Shown: positions 34,795-44,678 of the stretch, piece after piece
How the letters are laid out: each line of letters starts with the position of its first letter
Numbering within the stretch: position 1 is the stretch's first letter
Assembly: GCA_934725785.1 (NCBI GenBank)
Contig: CAKVCS010000001.1
Location: 1-51,318 of the forward strand
Source: an uncultured Bacteroidales bacterium
GTDB lineage: Bacteria; Bacteroidota; Bacteroidia; Bacteroidales; Marinilabiliaceae
DNA: 51,318 nt
Direction: 5' to 3'
Program-made: the position numbers and the translations under genes
The notes under the pieces: generated by a model
Told to the model about the DNA's origin: nothing
Database searches by the model: none
Seen by the model: only the letters and a program-made list of their open reading frames with translations

Positions 34795-36965
34795 TTTTAA
34801 AAGAGCTGAAAATAAAAAACTTCCGAAGCTACTATGGCTATAATACCCTTTTATTTTCCAAGGGGCTGACGCTTGTTATTGGCGACAATGGAGATGGGAA
34901 AACAACGTTGTTCGAGGCTTTGGAGTGGTTGTTCAATACAACTGGTGCCCCCCAAAAAGAATCAAACATCTCCGAAATGCGAAAGTCTGAGTTGGAAATT
35001 GGGGAAAGTGATGAGGTATCTGTCTCCTTAAGCTTTGAGCATGACGGACATAAAGAAGTTGAAAAGTCTTTTACTTTCGAGAGGGAGTTAGGCGGCAATA
35101 TTAGCCTTAGGGACTATAAGTTCGTCGGATATTGTATTGATGGCGTTGAACGTTCTCGTACCGAGGGTGCCAAGCTTTTGGACAGATGTTTTGAGCCTGT
35201 AATCCGCACATACTGTTTGTTCAAGGGAGAGAATAAGCTCAACGTTTTTGAAACCCCTGACGCCCTTAAGACATTGGTTGAGACATTCTCAGGTATAAAA
35301 GACTTTGATAAAAAGGTTGACCTTACAAAAAGTTTTGAGGAGAAAGCTGCCAATGTGGTCAGCAAAGCTCTGCAAAACGACAATAAAGTGTCGAAGCAGA
35401 CGAAAGAGCTTACCGATAGAAGAACAGCTCTTTTAAACGAGATACAAGAAATTAAAATTGAGTTAAAAGAAAAGAGAAAGTCAATCGACTGGTATTCTTC
35501 CAAATTGCAGGAATTGGAAAGTAATCAGGACCTCTCAGAGCGCTATCAGCACTTGAAGGTTCGCATAAAAGGATTAGAAGATAAACGTGCTGGTTTAGCC
35601 AAACATGTGAAATGCGACTACAATGCAAAATTATTGGACGAATCATGGATCCTGCGTTCCTTTCCATCTGTCATGAGCGACTTCTCTGCAAAAGTCTCTG
35701 CGTTGAGCAAGGCGAAGAGGAGACTTGATAAGCAAGAGACAGAAAGGCGTGCTATGGCCGATGGCAAGCGTGAGGCTTACACGCAAATTCAGAAACTTGT
35801 AAATGATACAGTCCCACTGCCTTGGAACTTGCCAGACGAACAAACGATGAAGGAGATGATTGACGATGAGGTTTGTAAGGTTTGCGGACGGCCTGCGCCT
35901 AAAGGCTCTGAACCATATGAGTTTATGCGCCATAAACTGCAGGACTATCTTGACCACGTAAAGGCAGAGGCGAATAAGAAATCAAATGATTCTCAAGAGG
36001 AAGAGAAACCTCTGTTCGTCAATTCATTCATTGATGAGTTGCATTCTTTACAAATCAAATTTAGTGGAGACGAGGAGATTGCGGTCGCAAACACAGCAAG
36101 GAAAATTAGTGAGGAGTTAGAGTTCATAAACGCAAGAAAACTTCAGTATAATGAAGTCGATACGCAGCTGAACGATTTGGAAACAGAGGCAAACAACATG
36201 ATATTGCAGTCAGGATTAAGTGATGAACTGTTGTCGAAGAATTTTTCGGATTTAATAGGTTTTTTTGACTCTAAGAGTCATGCGGAAAGGCGCATGACGG
36301 AGTTGGAGGCAGAACTTAAGTCCAAGGAGGAGGAAGTCGAGCGAGTTAAGGAAGCATTGTCACAACTTGAGCCAGAAAGTACTATGACCCAGGTATTGCA
36401 ACGTGTTCATCAAGCTTTTGAAAATATTAGCAAGGCCTTCGAAAATGCCAAAACTCAGAACATTAACAAGTTCCTGCAGATGCTCGAGTCCAAATCAAAT
36501 GAGTATCTTCAAAAATTGAATGAAGGAGACTTCTATGGGGTAATCCATATCTGGAAGTCTATGGGAGACTCTGCGCATATAGAGCTTTGCAGTAAAAATG
36601 GAACACGCATTGAGAACCCCAATGGTGCGCTTAAGACGACAATGTACATGTCTGTCCTCTTCGCGATTTCTGAAATTACAACATTGAAAAGGGAGAAGGA
36701 CTATCCTCTAATCTTTGATGCGCCTACCTCTTCTTTCGGCAGTTTTAATAAGGAGCGTTTCTACAATGTCATCGACTCTATCGACAAGCAGTGCGTTATA
36801 TTCACAAAGGACTTGCTCAATGTAGATAAAGAGACAGGACTGAAAGAGGTTGACTGCCAGACAATCGATAAACTCTCTTGCCCCGTCCTGCGCATCGAGA
36901 AGGTTCTGCCGTTCAACGATAAGGATTTGTCTACTGTTCGAACTGTCATAAAGATAATAAGGTAA
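34791..36965 (+). CDS. SMC/Rad50/DndD-like ABC ATPase with a central CxxC hook
   Basis: N-terminal LKIKNFRSY...VIGDNGDGKTT (Walker A at 34881-34907), long coiled-coil arms, CKVCGRP at residues 362-368 of 724 (35874-35894), and a C-terminal Walker B YPLIFDAPTSSF. Confidence 0.75.
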   Translation: MILKELKIKNFRSYYGYNTLLFSKGLTLVIGDNGDGKTTLFEALEWLFNTTGAPQKESNISEMRKSELEIGESDEVSVSLSFEHDGHKEVEKSFTFERELGGNISLRDYKFVGYCIDGVERSRTEGAKLLDRCFEPVIRTYCLFKGENKLNVFETPDALKTLVETFSGIKDFDKKVDLTKSFEEKAANVVSKALQNDNKVSKQTKELTDRRTALLNEIQEIKIELKEKRKSIDWYSSKLQELESNQDLSERYQHLKVRIKGLEDKRAGLAKHVKCDYNAKLLDESWILRSFPSVMSDFSAKVSALSKAKRRLDKQETERRAMADGKREAYTQIQKLVNDTVPLPWNLPDEQTMKEMIDDEVCKVCGRPAPKGSEPYEFMRHKLQDYLDHVKAEANKKSNDSQEEEKPLFVNSFIDELHSLQIKFSGDEEIAVANTARKISEELEFINARKLQYNEVDTQLNDLETEANNMILQSGLSDELLSKNFSDLIGFFDSKSHAERRMTELEAELKSKEEEVERVKEALSQLEPESTMTQVLQRVHQAFENISKAFENAKTQNINKFLQMLESKSNEYLQKLNEGDFYGVIHIWKSMGDSAHIELCSKNGTRIENPNGALKTTMYMSVLFAISEITTLKREKDYPLIFDAPTSSFGSFNKERFYNVIDSIDKQCVIFTKDLLNVDKETGLKEVDCQTIDKLSCPVLRIEKVLPFNDKDLSTVRTVIKIIR

Positions 36966-36970
36966 CCAAT

Positions 36971-37489
36971 ATGTCCGATAGTTTATTCGATTTGTGGGCC
37001 AGGAGAGACCCGCAGTGGGAGAAAAGGTATGAGGATAACATAGTCAAGAAATTCTGCGACTATGGCCGAGGGGCCACCTCTTTGCGCGAGGATAGGGGTA
37101 AGCTCTTTGGCTCTGGATATGAAATATACATTGTTGCATTTTTCATTGGCTTGTATAACAACCAGAGGCGACAGCTTGTCGATGATGCAAAAAAGCGTAA
37201 GAGTTTTGGACACCCAATTCAAAATTGGGGGAATATAACTGCTTCAGTTGCGAATGGCAGGAAACCTTACCCCAAACTGCGTAAGTTTATTTTCATAGCT
37301 CTCATAGCTCGTGCCGACATTGATTTCATCGCACTTGAAGAAGGCGATATTAAGCCAGCCAAGGCTGTCGATATGTTAGTACAGCTGATGGAGGAATACG
37401 CCAATTGGGGCTTCCATTTTATTGAGGATAAGATGGAGGACGACGCAAATTATTTTTTCGTGAAACTGCTTTCCTCGAAGTCTTTTTAG
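36971..37489 (+). CDS. 172-aa hypothetical protein (last island gene)
   Basis: Island-like composition, 5 nt after the preceding stop. Notable segments are GYEIYIVAFFIGLY and MEEYANWGFHF. I could not assign a family with confidence. Confidence 0.5.
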   Translation: MSDSLFDLWARRDPQWEKRYEDNIVKKFCDYGRGATSLREDRGKLFGSGYEIYIVAFFIGLYNNQRRQLVDDAKKRKSFGHPIQNWGNITASVANGRKPYPKLRKFIFIALIARADIDFIALEEGDIKPAKAVDMLVQLMEEYANWGFHFIEDKMEDDANYFFVKLLSSKSF

Positions 37490-37606
37490 GTTTTGACGCA
37501 CCAGACGGCAAAAGAACGGATGACGGTGAGCCCGAATCGTTAGACTGAGAGGATGATTAAGCTGCTCATCTCGTTACATATAATCTCGTAGCATTCTAAA
37601 AACCAC

Positions 37607-37644
37607 GAAGCCGGGCGGCGAGGACACTCTCGCCGCCCGGCTTC
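37607..37644 (-). terminator. rho-independent terminator of tRNA-Leu (possibly bidirectional, also closing the island operon)
   Basis: Perfect 16-bp stem GAAGCCGGGCGGCGAG / CTCGCCGCCCGGCTTC with a 6-nt loop. The minus strand continues GTGGTTTTTAG. Confidence 0.75.
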
Positions 37645-37655
37645 TTCAGTTCCCG

Positions 37656-37737
37656 TACCCTGACCCGGGATCGAACCGGGACGGATCGCTCCATTGGTGT
37701 TTGAGACCAACGCGTCTACCAATTCCGCCATCAGGGC
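37656..37737 (-). tRNA. tRNA-Leu (anticodon CAA)
   Basis: The reverse complement folds by hand: acceptor GCCCTGA/TCAGGGT, D-arm GCG-GAATTGGTAGA-CGC, anticodon stem TTGGT/ACCAA with loop CTCAAAC, long variable arm TGGAGCGATCCGT, T-arm CCCGG-TTCGATC-CCGGG, discriminator A. No encoded CCA. Confidence 0.9.
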
Positions 37738-37792
37738 CTTACGTGACGCGAATATAGCAAAAAATCCGCTCACGCCAAACAAATGTGGGTCA

Positions 37793-38902
37793 TCACACGG
37801 CCGCCCGGCCTCCCGCCTGCGAACCCGCGTTATTGCTCAGGCGGTAGTCCCCGGGCGTCATCCCCTCATACGTGTAGAAAGCGCGCCGGAAAGTAATCAG
37901 GCTGTTAAAACCCGACATCGTCGCCACCACGTCAAGCTTGTGGCTCGTCTCGCGCAGCAGGCCCTTGGCGTGTTCCGTACGCCTGCGGTTCACGTAGTCG
38001 TAAAACGTCGTCCCCAGAGTGTTGTTCAGGTAGCGGCTCACGTACGTGCGGTTTGTGCCCAGCCGCTTGCTAAGCTCCGCTATGTTAAGCTCCTTGTCCA
38101 GGTATATGTGCTCCTTGTTAAACAGACGGACGAAGTCCGCCTCGAATCCGTACTTGGCACCCTTGATGCCGCTCTTGTTGTTCCTCATGTCAGATGATTC
38201 TTGTTCGTCATCGCCGTCCTCGCGGGCCTCGCTCACCACGTCCGCCACCTCCTGCCTGTACACGCAGAAGGCCAGAGCGAAAAGCACGGCGCTTATGCTT
38301 ATGTTATATATCACGTCTATCAGCGGAGAGTCCGCCACGCTCGCCATCGTCCACGTCACCAGTATCCCCAGGCAGCACCACACTATCCGCTTCAGCCACC
38401 GCAGGTCGACACCCTCCGTGTTGCTCAGGTTCTCTCGCAGCAGGCGGTCGAAACGCCTCACGGCGGCCGCCGTGTATATCACCGTCCCCAGGCCGTAGGC
38501 CACCGCAAGGCACATCGACACCGTGTAGAGCGTCTCGCTCCGAGTCGCCACGTAGGCGCACAAAACAGCGAAAAACGGGGCGGCGTTCATCGCCAGCAGG
38601 CGATAGCCGCTGTGCCGCGGGTGTGTCAGCTCATACATCAAGGCCGCCGCAAACGGCAGGACTGTCGTCTGGTACAGGTTCACGGTCTCCGTCTCGTGGC
38701 TGCCTATCATGTCCACCACGAAATACTGGACGAAGAGTATCAGGTTCATCAAGCTCAGGTGGGCGAAGAGGACGACGCCGGCGCGGTGGAGTACCGCCTT
38801 GTCGCGTCTCGCCGATAATATCGCGAGGCTCACCAGTGGTATGCAGAAGTTCATTCCAGCCGAGAAGTCTTTAAAAGACTCTACCGTAGCGATGGTTGTC
38901 AT
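37793..38902 (-). CDS. membrane-anchored AraC-family transcriptional regulator
   Basis: Multiple N-terminal TM segments. The C-terminal AraC HTH reads LNIAELSKRLGTNRTYVSRYL ... ATMSGFNSLITFRRAFYTYEGMTPGDYR. Confidence 0.8.
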   Translation of the reverse strand: MTTIATVESFKDFSAGMNFCIPLVSLAILSARRDKAVLHRAGVVLFAHLSLMNLILFVQYFVVDMIGSHETETVNLYQTTVLPFAAALMYELTHPRHSGYRLLAMNAAPFFAVLCAYVATRSETLYTVSMCLAVAYGLGTVIYTAAAVRRFDRLLRENLSNTEGVDLRWLKRIVWCCLGILVTWTMASVADSPLIDVIYNISISAVLFALAFCVYRQEVADVVSEAREDGDDEQESSDMRNNKSGIKGAKYGFEADFVRLFNKEHIYLDKELNIAELSKRLGTNRTYVSRYLNNTLGTTFYDYVNRRRTEHAKGLLRETSHKLDVVATMSGFNSLITFRRAFYTYEGMTPGDYRLSNNAGSQAGGRAAV

Positions 38903-39620
38903 GCTGTGCTTGCTTTAGCGAGTGTTAAGGCCCGGCCGCCAATATGCGCCGTCGGTCGCCGCCGTGTCTCATGGCGGCGCAGGTGGGGGTGCCCGCCTGT
39001 GCGGGGTATTTACGAGAAATGCGGCTCTCGGGTTTCCTGCCCAAGCTGATTGTTGACGCCGAGGACCCATTGCCGCCCCGAGTCCGGCTCGGGGGCGATG
39101 CCCCTGTTGGCGGACGCTCTTCGCCGTGCGCCGCGTTGTCGCTCGTCTCCCCGTCTTTCATCGTATGTATCGTCGCGTTAATTACTGTTGCTTGCATCAA
39201 ATCGTATGCAAAGTGAGCTAAAAGCCGCGACAAATCGGGGGTCTTGGCCTCTCCTTGTTGCTTCAATCGGTACAAAATGACGCTTTTTTACGCATTGATT
39301 TTATTAACGACCCCCTTGCGCCTTATATGTTGTTAACAATCAGGACATCCTGACGCTCCTGCACCTGCCTTCCTCCAGCCACCCGGCGTCATTGCCTTGG
39401 TTATTCAGTCCGGCATCTGCGACTCCGCCGTGCCATCCTCCGCCTTGGTTTCCGCTTCTTGTCAATTTCGCCTGCGGTCGCTGCCTTGCCGTCGCGCCTT
39501 TTGTCAGTGCGGCTTATTCCTGACATGCCGTGTTCCGAATGGCGCGGTTGTCGCCATTTGCCGCCATGTCTTCGCTCCGTCTCATGCCGTCTCTCTCCGG
39601 GGTGCGGCGGGGGTGGGGAC

Positions 39621-39658
39621 AAAAAAGTCAAGCCCCGACGTTGCCGACGGGGCTTGAC
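39621..39658 (-). terminator. rho-independent terminator of the frdCAB operon
   Basis: Stem GTCAAGCCCCG / CGGGGCTTGAC (39627-39658), followed on the minus strand by TTTTTTG. Confidence 0.75.
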
Positions 39659-39684
39659 TCCACATATGGTTAGTCCGCTCTCGC

Positions 39685-40440
39685 TTAGTCTTTCAGCTTA
39701 GCCTTGAGGAACTCGCGGTTCAGCCGCGCGATGTTCGCGATCGAGACGCCCTTCGGGCACTCGGCCTCGCAAGCGCCGGTGTTCGTGCAGTTGCCGAAGC
39801 CCAGCTCGTCCATCTTTGCCACCATCGCCTTGGCGCGGCGCGCGGCCTCCACGCGGCCCTGGGGCAGCAGCGCGAACTGGCTCACCTTGGCCGAGACGAA
39901 CAGCATGGCCGAACCGTTCTTGCAGGCGGCTGCGCAAGCTCCGCAGCCTATGCACTGGGCGGCGTCCATAGCCTTGTCCGCATCCTCCTTGGCAATGGGC
40001 AGGGCGTTGGCGTCCTGCGCTGCGCCGCAACGAATCGAGGTGTAGCCGCCAGCCTGCATGATCTTGTCATAGGCCGAGCGGTCCACCATCAGGTCGCGGA
40101 TCACGGGGAAGCCCGCCGAGCGCCACGGCTCTATCGTTATCGTGTCGCCGTCCTTGAATGTGCGCATGTGCAGCTGGCAGGTCGTCGTCTTGGCGTTAAC
40201 GCCGTGAGGGTGGCCGTTGATGTAGAGCGAGCACATGCCGCATATGCCCTCGCGGCAGTCGTGGTCGAACACGACTGGCTCCTCATGCTTGGCCACGAGC
40301 TTCTCGTTCAGCGTGTCAAGCATCTCGAGGAACGACATGTTGACCGAGATGCCCGGCATGTCGTATGTCTCGAAATGGCCCTTCTCCTTAGGTCCTCTCT
40401 GACGCCAGACCTTAAGCGTTATATTGATAGTCTTATCCAT
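39685..40440 (-). CDS. frdB: fumarate reductase/succinate dehydrogenase iron-sulfur subunit
   Basis: Cys clusters [20 protein letters not shown] and [12 protein letters not shown]; 251 aa. Confidence 0.9.
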   Translation of the reverse strand: MDKTINITLKVWRQRGPKEKGHFETYDMPGISVNMSFLEMLDTLNEKLVAKHEEPVVFDHDCREGICGMCSLYINGHPHGVNAKTTTCQLHMRTFKDGDTITIEPWRSAGFPVIRDLMVDRSAYDKIMQAGGYTSIRCGAAQDANALPIAKEDADKAMDAAQCIGCGACAAACKNGSAMLFVSAKVSQFALLPQGRVEAARRAKAMVAKMDELGFGNCTNTGACEAECPKGVSIANIARLNREFLKAKLKD

Positions 40441-40463
40441 GAAAATCGAATACTGTTACCGGG

Positions 40464-42410
40464 TTAGTTCTTGTAGTTGCGGGTCTTGCGCTCAGTCTCC
40501 TCATACACGAGGTCCTCCTTCAGCATCTCGGGGTCCTGGTCCTCGCCCATGTAGTGCCAGCAAGCCGCGTAGCTGAACTTGTCATCGTGGCGCAGCGCCT
40601 CGCCATCCTCCGTCTGGTGCTCCTCGCGGAAGTGGCCGCCGCAGCTCTCCTCGCGGTTGAGCGCGTCGATGGCGATAAGGTAGCCGATGTCGATGAAGTC
40701 CGACAGGCGCAGGGCCTTCTCGAGCTCCGTGTTAAGGTCGTCTGCCTTGCCCGGCACGTAGACGTTCGTCCAGAACTCTTTCTTGATGTCCTTGAGCATG
40801 CCGAGGGCCTTCGTCAAGCCCTCCTTCGTGCGGCCCATGCCGACGTACTCCCACATTATGTGGCCCAGTTTCTTGTGGATGGTGTCGACGCTCTCCTCTC
40901 CCTGGATGGCCATGATCTTGGCTATCTTCTCGCGGACGCCCTTCTCGGCCTCGTCAAACTCCGGGGCCGTGGTCGGGATGCGGGCCACCTGGATCTGGTC
41001 GGCCAGGTAGTTCTGGATCGTGTATGGCAACACGAAGTAGCCGTCGGCCAGGCCCTGCATCAGGGCCGAAGCGCCAAGGCGGTTCGCGCCGTGATCCGAG
41101 AAGTTAGCCTCGCCAAGGCAGAACAGGCCGGGGATGGAGGTCTGCAGCTCATAGTCAACCCAGATGCCGCCCATCGTGTAGTGGATGGCGGGGAAGATCA
41201 TCATCGGGGTCTTATACGGGTCCTGAGCCATGATCTTCTCATACATCTCGAACAGGTTGCCGTAACGCTCCCTCACGCGGTCCTCGCCCAGTCGCTGGAT
41301 GGCGTACTTGAAGTCGAGGAACACGGCCAGGCCCGTCTCGTTGACGCCATAGCCGGCGTCGCAACGCTCCTTGGCAGCGCGGCTCGCCACGTCGCGAGGC
41401 ACCAGGTTGCCGAACGCCGGGTAGCGGCGCTCCAGGTAGAAGTCGCGATCCTCGTCGGGGATGTCGTTCGCCGTCTTCTTGCCTGCGCGGATGGCCTCGG
41501 CGTCCTCCTTCTTCTTCGGGACCCATATGCGGCCGTCGTTACGGAGCGACTCCGACATCAGCGTCAGCTTCGACTGGATGTCGCCGTGCACGGGTATGCA
41601 CGTCGGGTGGATCTGGCAGTAGCACGGGTTTGCGAAGTACGCGCCCTTGCGGTATATCTGCATGGCGGCCGAGCCGTTCGACCCCATGGCGTTGGTCGAG
41701 AGGAAGTACGTGTTGCCGTAGCCGCCCGTGGCTATGACTACGGCGTGCCCGAAGTAACGCTCTATCTCGCCCGTGATGAGGTTCCTCACGATGATGCCCC
41801 TCGCGCGGCCCTCTATGATCACCACGTCAAGCATCTCGCGGCGGGCGAACATCTTGACCGTCCCGTTCTTAATCTCTTTCGAGAGAGAGGAGTACGCGCC
41901 GAGCAGAAGCTGCTGGCCGGTCTGGCCGCGGGCGTAGAACGTGCGGCTTACCTGGGCGCCGCCGAAAGAGCGGTTCGCAAGCAGTCCGCCATACTCGCGG
42001 GCGAAGGGCACGCCCTGGGCCACGCACTGGTCTATGATGTTGTTAGACACCTCCGCCAGGCGGTACACGTTCGCCTCGCGGGCGCGGTAGTCGCCACCCT
42101 TTATCGTGTCGTAGAACAGGCGGTAAACCGAGTCGCCGTCGTTCTGGTAGTTCTTGGCGGCGTTGATACCACCCTGAGCTGCGATAGAGTGAGCGCGGCG
42201 GGGGCTGTCCTGGATGCAGAAGTTCAAGACGTTGAAGCCCATCTCGCCAAGCGTCGAGGCCGCCGAGGCCCCTGCGAGGCCGGTGCCTACCACGATGATG
42301 TCAAGCTTGCGCTTGTTCGCGGGGTTCACCAGTTTCTGGTGAGCCTTATAGTTTGTCCACTTCTGAGCCAACGGCCCCTGCGGGATCTTGGAGTCTATAG
42401 TGTTTGCCAT
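40464..42410 (-). CDS. frdA: fumarate reductase/succinate dehydrogenase flavoprotein subunit
   Basis: FAD-binding [28 protein letters not shown], and HYTMGG. The start is set at ATG 42408-42410 ([12 protein letters not shown]). Confidence 0.9.
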   Translation of the reverse strand: MANTIDSKIPQGPLAQKWTNYKAHQKLVNPANKRKLDIIVVGTGLAGASAASTLGEMGFNVLNFCIQDSPRRAHSIAAQGGINAAKNYQNDGDSVYRLFYDTIKGGDYRAREANVYRLAEVSNNIIDQCVAQGVPFAREYGGLLANRSFGGAQVSRTFYARGQTGQQLLLGAYSSLSKEIKNGTVKMFARREMLDVVIIEGRARGIIVRNLITGEIERYFGHAVVIATGGYGNTYFLSTNAMGSNGSAAMQIYRKGAYFANPCYCQIHPTCIPVHGDIQSKLTLMSESLRNDGRIWVPKKKEDAEAIRAGKKTANDIPDEDRDFYLERRYPAFGNLVPRDVASRAAKERCDAGYGVNETGLAVFLDFKYAIQRLGEDRVRERYGNLFEMYEKIMAQDPYKTPMMIFPAIHYTMGGIWVDYELQTSIPGLFCLGEANFSDHGANRLGASALMQGLADGYFVLPYTIQNYLADQIQVARIPTTAPEFDEAEKGVREKIAKIMAIQGEESVDTIHKKLGHIMWEYVGMGRTKEGLTKALGMLKDIKKEFWTNVYVPGKADDLNTELEKALRLSDFIDIGYLIAIDALNREESCGGHFREEHQTEDGEALRHDDKFSYAACWHYMGEDQDPEMLKEDLVYEETERKTRNYKN

Positions 42411-42503
42411 GTTATTCTTCAGCAATAAATTCGAATGGTTGTATTATCATGTGCCTGGCCGGCCATCCGTCTGAGCCGGCCGCGCTTTGACGGTTTGTCC
42501 GGA

Positions 42504-43241
42504 CTACATGCACGGCACGCCTGGCGTGGCGATGGCGACAGCCGTGGGGAACAGGGGGAATACGTGGAGCGCATAGCCAAGCACGACAATCGCGAAGCCC
42601 GCGCAAACTATCGTGGCGTACCATACGGCGACGGTCTTCCACCTCGAAAGCCAAATCTCGTTGTTCCATCCGAGTGTCTGCAGCATGCTCCAGAACCCGT
42701 GGGTCAGGTGCAACCATATGGCCACAATCCAGACAACGTAGGCGAGGGCTACCGGCCACTGGCTGAAGTAGTATGCGATGAAGCGGGCGCCCTCGGTGGG
42801 CTTTATTATGCCCATCTCGCCTCCGTCAAACTCGCAGCCGCGCAGCTCGGCGAGCATCATGTGGCTCCAGAACTGGTGCAGGTGCAGGGCTATGCCGAGC
42901 AGGACGATGATGCCAAGGACAAGCATGTTCTGGCTCGACCACTCAACGCCTTTCGGCGCGTCGACAACGGCGTAGCGGTCGTTACCGCGGGCGCGGCGGT
43001 TCTGCACGGTCAGGATGAACGCGTAGACTATGTGCACCAGGAAACCGATGGCGAGCACGGCCGTGCCGGCCAAGGCGTACCAGTTCGTGCCGAGGAACTC
43101 GCACACCGCGTCATATGCGCCGTCCGAGAACGCGGCCACAAGGTTCATGCTCATGTGGAAAAGAAGGAAGAGCACGAGCAATATGCCCGATACGCTCATT
43201 ATCAACTTCTTCCCAATGGACGATTGGAAAATACAGCTCAT
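42504..43241 (-). CDS. frdC: fumarate reductase/succinate dehydrogenase cytochrome b subunit (Bacteroides type)
   Basis: SSIGKKLIMSVSGILLVLFLLFHMSMNL. Five-TM pattern. First gene of the C-A-B order. Confidence 0.85.
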   Translation of the reverse strand: MSCIFQSSIGKKLIMSVSGILLVLFLLFHMSMNLVAAFSDGAYDAVCEFLGTNWYALAGTAVLAIGFLVHIVYAFILTVQNRRARGNDRYAVVDAPKGVEWSSQNMLVLGIIVLLGIALHLHQFWSHMMLAELRGCEFDGGEMGIIKPTEGARFIAYYFSQWPVALAYVVWIVAIWLHLTHGFWSMLQTLGWNNEIWLSRWKTVAVWYATIVCAGFAIVVLGYALHVFPLFPTAVAIATPGVPCM

Positions 43242-43955
43242 AAATGAATGTTTGTAATTATGTGAATTTTATAGGTTTGCTGAGTGCTTGTTTGCCGAAA
43301 GGAGGCTTCGCGCGGTTCTGTCCGCGCTTTCCCTTCACAAAAATAAGATAAGGCGTCGAATGCCGACCCCCAATTAAAGAAAAATTTCTTTATTTAAAGT
43401 CGGTCAAATTTAGCCCTCCCTCCAGGCTCCTGCTTCACGCCCTCCGTCCTGCGCCCCGCCCCCCCCCTGCTCCCGGACCAATCCCCGCCCCGCGCTTGCC
43501 GAGCCTCCTGTTCCCTCTTTTGCCGCCCCCCCCTGTCCGTCGCGGCCATCTCATGCCAGCCTCCCCCTCCTTAGTCTTTGGTTGCGTTCACCGCGTCCGT
43601 GGCTGGATGCCGCGCCGGAATCACATAAGCCATTGTCAGCTAATTTATTTTGCGATTTCAACAAAAATATTTTTCAAAACATCGCCAAAATAATTTGTCA
43701 TTTCAATTTATCAACCTACCTTTGCATTGTCAACGGAACAAGATGACGACCTCGGGTCAAAGTCTTTCGCACTCCCATAACTGACTGACGGATACAGCTG
43801 GCCGCCTCTCTTACGCGGTGCGATGTAGGCTCTTCTCCCTCGATGCCCGTTTTGCTCTTTTGGCAAACCAATTCAATAATTCGAACAAAACATCAAATCA
43901 GCGCGGGGCGGTCTGTTTCCTCCGCCCAAAAGCGCTCTCAAACACATCAAATGAA

Positions 43956-44561
43956 ATGGCAGTTTATAAGCAAGGTGTTCTCGGTCCGTTCAGTGGTAAA
44001 GTCGGAACTGTTGTTGGAAGTTCTTGGCGCGGTATTGCATATATCCGCTCGCTGGCTACGAAGGTTGGAAATCCGCGTACGGCGGGGCAGGTCGCCGCAA
44101 GGTCTCGGCTCGCTCTCGTGGCGGGAAGGCTCAAGCACTTCGCTACCGCAATCAGGGCCGGATTCGTCAACGCCGGGGCTCTGAGCCCTTGGTCGGCGGC
44201 CATCAAGGCCAACCTCGCCCATGTCAAGGATTCAGGCTCGGGCCTCACGGTCGATATGAAGTCGCTCCGCCTCTCCGACGGTTCGGGCGAGTTCGCCGTC
44301 ACGCCGGCTAAGACCTCTGGCAGCGTGGATTTCTCATGGAAGGCCCCCAAGGCGTCCGACGCCTTCTACGGGGGTAAGCTCTATGCGGCGGCCTATAATG
44401 TCGCCAATGGCAAGGCCGCTAACTTCGTGGCCGACCTCACGGCCTCTTCCGCGTCCATGAGCCTCGCGTCCCTCCTCTCGGGCGAGGACGATGATGTCCA
44501 TGTCTACTACTTCGTTGCAACCGCCGCGGCAAGCACGCCTACCGCGCATGTCGCCGACTGA
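43956..44561 (+). CDS. DUF6266-like hypothetical protein
   Basis: MAVYKQGVLGPFSGKVGTVVGSSWRGIAYIRSL matches my recollection of the DUF6266 N-terminus. The start is set at ATG 43956. Confidence 0.5.
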   Translation: MAVYKQGVLGPFSGKVGTVVGSSWRGIAYIRSLATKVGNPRTAGQVAARSRLALVAGRLKHFATAIRAGFVNAGALSPWSAAIKANLAHVKDSGSGLTVDMKSLRLSDGSGEFAVTPAKTSGSVDFSWKAPKASDAFYGGKLYAAAYNVANGKAANFVADLTASSASMSLASLLSGEDDDVHVYYFVATAAASTPTAHVAD

Positions 44562-44678
44562 TAGCCGGCCTGGCTGCGATACCACGGGGCGGGGCGCTCC
44601 TTCCGCCCCCGCCCCTTTCTCCCCTCTCTGCCACCAATTCAAACGCATTTTTTCTCACCATCAAATACGTTCACTCTT

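Larger units (their letters stand above)
26990..37606 (+). other. low-GC genomic (defence-type) island adjacent to the 3' end of tRNA-Leu
   Basis: Abrupt composition shift: sampled 60-nt lines are about 37-45% GC inside versus 60-72% outside, by hand count. Seven co-directional, overlapping or abutting ORFs. No integrase was seen. Confidence 0.75.

Noticed and set aside
38925-39275. 116-aa minus-strand ORF in the AraC-frd intergenic gap.
   Set aside because: Its C-terminal two-thirds are Gly/Arg/Pro/Ser/Ala low complexity. It overlaps an equally implausible plus-strand ORF. There is no promoter box or family motif.
40554-42428. 624-aa plus-strand ORF opposite frdA.
   Set aside because: It is a shadow ORF antisense to a highly conserved flavoprotein gene and has a low-complexity Ala/Arg/Val/Leu-rich translation.
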